A stretch of DNA of 58,433 nucleotides, counting the filler, from Sphacelaria rigidula (taxonomy: Eukaryota): the NCBI GenBank assembly GCA_964200075.2. It is 4 parts of 4 records of this genome, joined end to end, with 100 filler letters (N's around TTAATTAATTAA, not from the genome) between each part and the next. Parts side by side here need not be neighbours in the genome. Positions count along the whole stretch, not along the records: positions 29,271 to 43,803 come from CAXNAA020002202.1; positions 43,904 to 58,433 come from CAXNAA020002203.1; 2 more parts are not named here. One strand, written 5' to 3'. A program made the translations under genes and the position numbers. Positions 38,901 through 48,800 of the stretch are shown here, one piece after another. Position 1 is the first letter of the stretch, and every line of letters starts with the position of its first letter. Below the pieces are notes generated by a model, which had not been told where the DNA came from, made no database searches, and was given only the letters and a program-made list of their open reading frames with translations.

Positions 38901-41313
38901 GGAAGTCATACACAACTCCATGGCTATATATCCCTCTCCGTAGCACAAACGAAAACCAACCCGTTCAATATACCAACACCAGCTGGGAAACCAGATTTGC
39001 GGAGAGTACACGATGACTGCAATACGCAGCAACGACAGAGTTTGCCACTTCTTAGGCCCAATATTATCGACACTGTTTTTCCGGAGACCACCGAAAATTT
39101 AGGAAGTAGATGATTCGCGAAAGCTTGTGAGCGCCACGGCGTACGCACAGGGCAGCTCTCCGAATTGTTGGGTTGCAATCCTGAATACCTAGACTTGTTC
39201 CAAAATGGGGGTTCGGAGAAAAAATCACGCTGCTTCATTTTTGGAGAAGCTCGAACGCAGAGTCCGACATGTCTGAAAAACTCAGAGATCTCCGAATAAA
39301 CGGTGTCGATAATAATGGGCCTTACTACCCCATCCAGTCGCGTGGCTGACGGCAGCGTAATCAGGGACACGAGCCGCCAGTAATCATCACACACAAGCTG
39401 GGCCAAACATGGATTCGGCAGCGGTGTATCTCCCCGTAGATATACTGGCTGTGCTGTACGGTACTGTACGGTGCTGTACGGTGTGTACTATACGATACGC
39501 TCGTTGTTGACTTGACTCACGAGCACCTTGTCAAGAAGCGTCGTTGCTGCCCTGACCTCGAGCTGGGAGTCACGTTTGTCGGTCACAGGCTTAGATACAG
39601 ATGGGTGTATGAAGATATGTACTCTCGGCTGCGCGGTGCCATTCCATCTCATGTCGTGTCGCGTCGTGCCGTGGTCTACTACTGCACTGTACTGCTGTCG
39701 TATTGGCAGCCGCCGATCTGGGACGAATGCATGGACTGCACGGTTTTGAGTCATGCATGCTCGATTTCGATAATATTCACCATTCCCGACACTCATGACT
39801 AGCCAGAAAAGCGGACTATGGTTGTTAGTAAGTCTGGGGCCCGAAAGAGTTACGGCGCCTCATACGCAGTGCAGTTTACTCAACGGATGGCCACATCGAC
39901 AGCATCACGAATCCAATTGTAACACCGTAGTCCTGGCTGAGAAAGTGTAAGGCACGACTGGCCCACAACTCTTGTACGTCGTTTTCCACAAAGTCGTGTT
40001 GCGTCCCTCACGTGGTTTTGGCTACTACAACTCGGTCACACTGTACGCATGCTGTTTAACTTGCGCAATAACTTCGGGGCACTCCAAAACGCGAATAACG
40101 TGTACCAGCGGCCACCCGTGCCCGTGTAACAATCATGATCCGATCAAACATTATCTCAGAGCTATTATTCCGCGTGAGATACGACTGCTTCTTCGATGCA
40201 CCGAGTTGTAAACGGTAGCAATTGCTGGTGTTCGGACTCCACACGGCGTTCGCTCGGACTCACTTCGCATGGCATGATTTTCTTGGCTCTGCATGTCACC
40301 ACCTTGACCTTGTGTACCTTGTGTACTACACACCGAACTTCCTCGGCGAGAACAGGAAGACCCATCATCTGGAGTTGATCACACGGCGACACTGGAATGC
40401 ATAGCAAGGGAGCGACCGCGAGTGTTAAACATCAAATGCTTGCGCAAGGTATTTGATACGTTTGCTCGTCCTGCGACTGACCTGTTCAGGCCAGGCGGTC
40501 CACGTGGGGTTTTGAAACGTATGTAGATTTCGGGTGGTAGAGCCGAACTTTAGCACAATGAAATTTTGACGGGATATTTTGAGCTGTACTTTACATGTCC
40601 TTTCAGATGTCTTGGGATTGTATTTCCTGCCGTGCTTTCGGAACTTTACCCTGTAGAGCTATTAACCCAGGGTGCGCGCGCTTGTTCCACACTAACGCTG
40701 ACCTCAACTGCTGCTTGACCGGATGAACTCGGCGTCCCACCACAGTGCCCTCTGGAGCGGCTTCTTGCCGATCCTCGTTGCTTGGAGCCCCCGCCTATAG
40801 GCGTTGGCGAATTTCACGCCGATACCGACGAAACCAGCATTGATGAGGCCTTCCGCAAATATGCAGGAGCGAGCCATAAGGTTGAATGAGCCACCATATT
40901 ATGGCGCTGACGTCGAATGCTGTTAGTTACAAATGAACGAAGTAATGCCGGGATCGTTCAGAGAGCCAGACAACGGGGCCAGCGACCCAGTTTGACGGGG
41001 GCGGAAAGACCAGTACAATTGTGGTGTAGAACGGTAGGGTGCTAGACCTCAAAAACACATCTGAGGACATGCTCTTGTACTCGGTACTCGAAGCGCCACA
41101 TACTTCGTGGGGTGAATTCTTCGGAGTACAGCTTATCTCGTTCCAATGGACACGCTCAACCGGCAGGTGAAGAGGGAAGACATGGCCGCCGTTATGCAGG
41201 AGCTCGGAGCAGACTGGGATGCAGATGAGCTGGCCGATGCACTCGAGGCCCTGGACCCCTCTGACTCGGGTGCTGTGCACTTCTCGGACTTCGTGTCGTG
41301 GTGGTCCAATTGA
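32977..41313 (+). CDS. MDHAR: Monodehydroascorbate reductase-like FAD/NAD(P)H oxidoreductase with C-terminal EF-hand pair
   Basis: Thirteen phase-consistent exons: 32977-33153, 33817-33899, 34432-34567, 34768-34830, 35201-35290, 35626-35784, 36250-36432, 36762-36959, 37579-37913, 38475-38613, 40356-40448, 40746-40880, 41167-41313. Motifs: FVALGGGVAAGY, PFERPALSK, VCLGSGGE..PQWY, LLIVTG, HLRDLGD, LIGGGVITWE, VFAAGDVA, RYEHV, YDPVPYMYS, SWKFYG, FGAFWV..IVGAFLE, then IDEAFRKY..LDPSDSGAVHFSDFVSWW*. Confidence 0.88.
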
Positions 41314-42951
41314 GAGTTAGTCGTGTTCCAGGGTTTTACTGATGCGTTGCTGTAACCCTCACTGCCGGTAAGACCCGAGACGGAGGAAGAATTCCCCCAC
41401 TCATTCTTTTTCGTTGACGTATTTTTCACATAAATATTTTTGTATGCGGTTTTTGGCGGTACACCCACAACTAAAAACTCTCGTGAAGTCTCGACCGGAT
41501 GTGCGCCTAATTTCCACTCGAGCAATGGGATATCCGTTTTATGCAGGCCGCCAAGGACATACGCTGCCGTTGGCTGGTCGTCTGTTCACCAAGGTGGAGG
41601 ACGGAGCAGCCCATAAATGAAACTGCAACACCGCTCTGAACGGCATCACTCATATGTTGTCTCAATTGCAGCTGATAGGGTTGATTGACCGCAACACCCA
41701 CCACGTGACGTCCAAATACACTCATTGTCAAAAACGGGAACCCGTGCTCGTTCACCGGCTGCAAAATTCATCGCGTTTGAGGGACAAGAGTTGTCATCTT
41801 ACGCGCATCTATTCCCCCCAGAGGCTGCCACTTTCTCATTTTGCCAAAACACTAGTCAAACGACACGAGCAAGTAATCACCAATTGCATCAGGTGGATTT
41901 CGTTCCCGCACAAGCCGCAGATACGACGAGATATACGTATGGCCGCCTGCTGGGCTTCCGCAATACATACAGTGTAGGTGCGCGTCGACAAATATCTGTA
42001 GTTCTCCAGTTGTCCACATGTGTGCTACGACAGAACGATATATTTATGTTCTCCGAAATACATGAGCATAATACAGATGCCTCACGACTCGTACTCCTTG
42101 ACGCGCACGTATCCATGCCCACAAAAACACCTAGTTGCCCCGTTACGACCTCCAACGACGGTTGTGGCGGGGGGGTGTCAGCGCTGTACATAGCGGTAGC
42201 GGCTGCAGCATTGTCGTCCGAACCCTAGGAACGCACTATTTTGTTTCAGCCCAAGGTGGCCTGTATCCCTGGTCCGAGATGCGACTGTATGGGTCTGTCA
42301 GGTATGTAGTCTAGTGCTCGCTAAGTTGCCCAAAAAAGAGTTGGTAAATCTGATCGATTAACCCTTGGCCGACATCTGACGTCATCGGCGGCCCTTTACA
42401 GCGTAGGGGCTTCCGAACATTAAATGCGCCGCCCGATGGATTTTGTTGTTTTGGTTAAACTCCTCTGCGGGGGGAATATCCCGGAAATTTATAAGCCACT
42501 GCTGATATAGGTGAAGTGGCACAAAGTTCTCAGGTGGGTCGAAGTTCTCAGGTGGGTCAAAGCTCTCGGCTCGTTGCTTTGATCGCCGAAAAACCTCCGT
42601 CCATCGATGAGTTCATCAGACAATTCCGAGGGGAAATGAACCCTCGGGAAAAGACCTAAGAAACATTGACGAATCACAGTTCCTGAGTTGTTTTCGTGGA
42701 GGATCACAAAACTTCGTGCCACTTTACTTTTTGTCAGATACCTACAGGCCTATCGTCCCATCCATTCAGAGACGAGACTGCTCCACCAGTTCCTGCACCA
42801 ATGTGCTTGAATACGGCATCGCACACTGTAGTGTTACTGCACTACTTCCTCTGCGCCGTAAGTAAAGTCCGTGGTGTTTACACGCGTCCTCGTACGTGTC
42901 CAATGCTTCAAGCTATCATTTTACTGACACATTTGGCGTTTGATGAGTGAG

Positions 42952-43201
42952 GACACTTTCTACGATAGCCCCCCCCCGAAACCAGCCAAAAATGTCACTA
43001 AAAAAAATGACCATACAACGCCTGCTGTTCGGGTTCAGGCTGCATGAAGCGCCTCATATTGGCGATATTGGCTAGAACGAACCCGAGTGTGGGAATTTCT
43101 AGCTTCTCGTTGTGCTCGGCTTCTCCCATTTCGATTTACGTGAAGATTTCGCCTCCCAAAACCGTGCACTTTTCTGGGGGGGGGCTATCGTAGAAAGTGT
43201 C
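42952..43201. mobile_element. MITE family M2 (4-bp TSD TGAG)
   Basis: tgag|gacactttctacgatagcccccccc ... ggggggggctatcgtagaaagtgtc|tgag; perfect ~25-bp TIR. Confidence 0.9.
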
Positions 43202-43903
43202 TGAGGAACCTGTTGAGATTTGTTTTCTCTCTCGCTTTACCCTGCATGGACGAACGGCCGCGAAAAAGCAGTCGACCCGAAAACGGCGGTATTTCGCACC
43301 TATCTCGTCTATCTGAGCTACGCAGTTTTTCCTGTAGTTTTGTCGGGTACTCGAGACTGACACCGTAGCGCTCGGTGAGCAAATTCAGACTGCCCTTCGG
43401 CACCCTTGAGCTGCCTGGCGGAACGACCAGTGCTTTTTCCATCGTCGTGGTGTATCGGTGGCCCCATGATACTTCGGCGCCCCGTTTACGAGATATGTGT
43501 GTGGGGACTGCAGAGTTCATCATGGTTGTGGTGAGTAGTGGGCAATTGAACACCGAAGCTTAACCCTTTTGGGACCGGGTCTCCAGAACGACCAACGAGG
43601 CTGGTTAGGAATGACGTGTCCTGCATATGCATAAAACAGTGGCTTCATGTTGCTGAAAATCAACGAATGTATGTAACGGCAGGCTTAGATGAAGACCGAC
43701 AGTTTCATCCAACCTATTTTCAGTTACAAATAACTGTCTGTTTAAGGAAGGCGTATCGCTAGAGTAGTCAGAGACCTACGGGGGGAGACTGCCGTCCTGA
43801 TGCNNNNNNNNNNNNNNNNNNNNNNNNNNNNNNNNNNNNNNNNNNNNTTAATTAATTAANNNNNNNNNNNNNNNNNNNNNNNNNNNNNNNNNNNNNNNNN
43901 NNN

Positions 43904-44415
43904 CAAAGCCGGGACGGAGCACGCCGGGTTTTTGCCGGACTAGGTTCGCAGTCAATCACCAAGCGCGAAGCGCCGTGGTGAGTTCGGCGAGTCGCATGAA
44001 GGGTCAGCTGTATCCTGCTAAGATTGTGTTCGGCCCGAAGCGTACCGACTATCTTGCATATGGATGACAGCCTCCAATGAGTTTCTTCATTTTCTGGTAT
44101 TGCAACTTCCAGAGACAGCCATGGCTTACACGCTGCCTCATGGATGTTGCACCATTCAAACTCTACCGCATCACGATTATCCCTTTCGTGCGGAGTTGAG
44201 CTTCTCCCACCCCGCACAATATCATCTAGCTCGATTATCATCATGGTTGCCGCAAAGAAAAAACGCAAGCGCGCAAAAAACATGGTAACCTGGTTGCGGT
44301 AGCTTACGCAGTGAGTTGCGTGTTTTACAGAGTCATCGCCAACCGACGCCAACCCCACAGGGGATCTGCTCCTACAAAGCCGGGACGGAGCATACCGGGT
44401 TTTAGCCGGACCAGG
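43904..44415 (-). mobile_element. Family A, copy carrying the ~46-bp motif twice
   Basis: caaagccgggacggagcacgccgggtttttgccggac at 43904 recurs as cctacaaagccgggacggagcataccgggttttagccggaccagg at ~44371-44415, followed by a G-tract. The left end is cut by a gap. Confidence 0.85.
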
Positions 44416-44652
44416 GGCGAAGGGGGGGAGAGGGGGGGCGAGGGTGGGGTGGGGGTGGGGGGGGGAGGACGAGAAAGGTGAGAACATCAATGTTGCGCGA
44501 CAACGGTCCGCTATCGTGCGTGAATTCGCATTCCCGTGTTCTCATGCGCGCTAGTACCCTTCCCAAAAACATCAATAAAAACAATGGGTCCTACCAACTG
44601 CAGGCCGTGGTACACCACCTCGATCTGGGGCACACCACTGGGCGAGGCTCGA

Positions 44653-44695
44653 GGTGGCGGTGGTGGTGGTGGCGGTGGTGGTGGTGGTGGTGGTG
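44653..44695. repeat. (GGT)n microsatellite
   Basis: Directly visible. Confidence 0.9.
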
Positions 44696-45319
44696 TATCC
44701 CCGTTTCGAGGGGGGATACCCCCCTGATGCCATAGATAATACTTGTAGCAATATCAGGTACTGTACAGTAACAACAATACAGTGGGGCGGGGTTCCACAA
44801 TAGTGCGGTCATTCGAGGTTAGCAACCCATCGCGCGACATTACAGTGGGACCATCATTGCACATACGTACTATACTGCACTGTACTAACTGTGCAGTGTC
44901 GACAGTGCAGTGTAAGCAGTGCAGTACAGTGTAGTAGGTGGACTAGTACGTGGAGGGGTACCTATCGTACCTTCGGACAATGATCTATTTCTGTAGACAG
45001 GTATGCGTGGGTAAAGCAGGTGATCGACAAATGCAGCCTTCTTGCAACATGGGGTGCATTTCTTGACCCACCGCGCGACTAAGACGTCACAGCCCGGCGG
45101 CCAAAAGCCACGCCCGCGGACCCCAGAGAGAACTGAGACATGAGAACGTTTCGGTTTGAGCTGCTCGTGCAAAGGCGACCCATGGGTGATGAAGGCGTTC
45201 TCCAATCGGGTATACTGGTGAAGAAACAGGGAGATCGAGATTCATGTAATCCATTTTGGTACCTTCCTCACTCTCGAGAGCCTCTGAGGGAGGGAAGGAG
45301 GGGGGGGAGGAGGGGGAGA

Positions 45320-45696
45320 CTCATGATCTTGCATGCCATAGTTGTTGGCCTCGCATTCCTACAACGCCGGGACGGAGCACGCCGGGTTTTCGCCGGACCA
45401 GGCTCACGATCAATCACCAAGCGCGAAGCGCTGTGATGTGTTCGGCGAGTCGCATGAAGGGTGAGCCGCACCCCGCTAAGATTGTTCGACTCAAAGCGTA
45501 CTGGTTGTCTTGCATTTGGGCGACGGCTCCAATGAGTTGCTTCATTTTCTGGTATCGCCACTTCCAGAGACAGCGGAAGGAGGGGAGGGAGGTGGTGTAC
45601 TCATGATTCTGCATACCGTAGTCTGAAAGTCATTGATCTCGCATCCCTGCAAGGCCGGGACGGAGCATGCCGGGTGTGCGCCAGACCAGGTTCGCG
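45320..45696 (-). mobile_element. Family A, two tandem truncated copies (45320-45574 and 45596-45696)
   Basis: Both start at ctcatgat after G/A-rich tracts. ggaaggagggg flanks the first copy on both sides (45293 and 45575). Confidence 0.85.
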
Positions 45697-45839
45697 TGGG
45701 AGGTCATGGCTTGCAGTTGGTTGAGCCCCTCGGATGAAACGGTGAATAATCACAAAACCACAAAGACACGGGAACCTTACCACCACGATCTCCCGGACCC
45801 TACCCTCCCACAGCCCCTCTGCCTCAACGGCCTGCGTAC

Positions 45840-48800
45840 CTTTTCCACGCCTGACACGCTTGCCCGAACCTTCCAGCAGTCAGCAACGCTACCCCGACGC
45901 CGTGGAGGGCATCACCTTTCACCTGGATACGCTCGTCTTGCTTGGCGCTGCTGCTGGCTGGCGAAGCTGTATGTGCAGAGCACGCAGGGCTTGCTGATGC
46001 ACGGGAAACGAGCGATGGGCTCGCCGTCTCACTCCTCAGAGAGGCTTTGTAGAGAGCGAGGGCGGTCTTGTGCCTACCTTCTTCCAGTGCCTGATCTGCT
46101 AGGGTCTAGCGGGCGCGGAGCGGGGAAGGGGTGGGCGGCGGCTGTGGGTTGGGGGCCGGAGTGGCGCGTGGGGGCGGGAGAGGGGTGAGAGGGAGAGGAG
46201 GGAGGTACTCATGATATTGCATGCCGTAGTGATCTGATCATTGACCTCGCATCCCTACAAAACCGGGACGGTGGACGCCGGGTTTGGCCGGACCAGGCTC
46301 GCAATCAATCACCAAGCGCGAAGCGCCGTGATGTATGTGATTGGCGAGTCGCATGAATAGCGAGCCGCATCCTGCCAAGATTGTGTTCGGCCCGAAGCGT
46401 ACCGACTATCTTGCATATGGATGGTAGCCTCCAATGAGTTGATTCATTTTCTGGTATCGCCACTTCCAGAGACATTCACGGCTTATACACTGCCTTACTG
46501 GTGTCTCACCATATGAAGACTACGTAGTACGGCCATCCCCTTTGCGGGGAAATGAGGTCCTCCCACTCCGCACAAAATGATCTAGCTCGACCACCATCAT
46601 GGTTACCGCAAAAAAAGCGCAAGTGCAAGAACCCGGTAACCTGATTGCCTAGCTTACTCCGTGAGTGGTGTGTTTTACAGCCTCGTTGCCAACTGAAACC
46701 AACCCCGAGGAGGGGGGGGGGGTAGATGTCAAATACTAACACTTCGAACACCCGATACTTGTTGGCCACTGGCAAGTTGACTAGTCGACGAGAGGGGCGT
46801 ATAAATAAGGCGAAGCTAAGTGTCGATGTCTGACGCTCTAATGCTGCTATTTGTTCGCCCTCTGAACTTGTCATGCTCGGCGCTAGCTTTGTACGGGTCG
46901 TATTTTCTTCGCTACCGAAACACCAACGCTGCTACCATCACCAACCACACTTGTCCGTCACTCCTCCCCCTTGTCCCCTACCGAAAGAGCAGTTGAGGCG
47001 ACTGCGCACGCCATACCTTTAGCATCTCAGACCCGCATTCCTGGTCCCGGTCGGCTTCAAGGCGACATCGTGGGCAGCAGCACGCGAATGATAGTCTCGA
47101 GGATAACTCATGCCGCCTCTGCTCCACGGGAAGGCCAACCGCGACATAAGGGGCGAACAGCTCCCCTCGCTTGCGAATACTTCGCAAGGCCACCAGACCC
47201 ACGCGTAGTGCCGTCGTCCTTTTCCCTCCTTGTTGCTCACCTGTTGATCATCGCGACAATAACATTAATCATCACCAATATATCTCTTTGTCCGCCGCGT
47301 ATATTAGAGCCGTAAATAAGCCGCGAAGCTGGCGATCGACGACGACATCGTTCCTGTTTTAAGAAACTTCCACAGGCACCGTAGGTAAGGTACCGTACCG
47401 AACGTACCCACGGTATTTACCGGGGTATCCCATATCGTGGTATACGTAGGTATCGTAGGTATGGCATTCGAAAATACCGGATTGGATCGGTACCGGTAGG
47501 CTATGAGATGTCCCAAAAACCGGTACCGGGTACCTACCTTACCTACGGCGCACACCGTTCCTGTTTTCAGAAACTTCTTACACGCCAAAAAATGTCCACC
47601 CCCACAGGGTCAGCGGCGATCACCTCGGCCGTCATTCTCCACAGGTGGCAGCAGAAACGCCTCGAGCTGGGCGTTGGGCACGCAACTGTGATCCGGGCAG
47701 CAGGAAGCAGGCAGCAGTCCCACCACCGAAAGAGGCGGGAAGGGGGCGTCGCTGCCAATACGTTGTTCCCCAGGAAATACCACAGAAAGTCGAAATCACG
47801 ATTGAGAGAGGGAGAGAGGAAGGGACAAAACGATGCGGCAAGGTAGGGCAGGGGTGGGCTGGGGCTGAAAGGAGAAATGGCGGCAATTTCACCCGCTAGG
47901 AATCGATCAATCAACAACACAGACGGGCAGAGTGAAAGAGAGAGAGAGCGAAAGAGAAAGCAATATACTAATCTAGCAGTGCAACGTAAACCTCGTTTCG
48001 CCATCCACTCCGCTGCTTAACGCACAAACTCAAGCTGTGTTTCCAGGCCCAGCTTGTCAGCATGTGCGCAACTTAACACGTGTAGATACGTCACCTGTCC
48101 TCAAGACAATGACAAGCGTACGCGAGCTCACTCGAGACCATATCACACGTGTGCCGCGCCTTATCACGCTTGCCCCCTTTCCCCCCGTGCGCGTGCGCCC
48201 TATTTCAGAAAAGAACTGCGACCCTGGTCAAACGCTTCGCAAAAGCGTGCCCACCTGCCGACCGTCCCACCCGCAGCGGACGTAGATGCCGCCTGTACGA
48301 GCCGACACAGCGCCCTCTCGGACGCAACAGGTTGCCATATATCGTGTTTCGCACTTGTGCCTCTGAACGTGCGTTCGGTAGTGGCGATGGCGGTGGCGGT
48401 AGTGGTGGCCGGGCCAACCACCGCTGCCGCCGCCGCCGCCGCCGCCTCCTCCTCCTCCCCCCCTGCCCCTGCGCAGAGTCCGGCTCTCGAGATAGCCGCG
48501 GACAAGCACGGGAGGGCACTCTTCTTGATGTCGGCAGGTGTTTGGGCAAGTCGGGAGCAGTAGCTGCAATTGGAGTAGAACGTGAAGTGTGGAGGTGTTA
48601 TTCGAAGTTGCGATAGACTGACTTCGGCAATCGACAATCTGAGAGTAAGCAGTCGCTGACGAGTGTGGAGCGAGAGAGAAGAGGGTGTGAGTGTGCATGT
48701 TCCGCTTCGTATCGATTTGTATCGCGAGGGTCGAGTACGGTTGCCGTATCCGTTTTTTTCGTATTTCGTGAATTTACGCGCAGCGAAAAACTTCGCTACG

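Noticed and set aside
42357-42460. piggyBac-like TTAA|CCCT end
   Set aside because: No matching opposite terminus was found.
43852-44490. 212-aa ORF in family A as an element-encoded protein
   Set aside because: It has no recognisable domain and the frame is not preserved in other copies.
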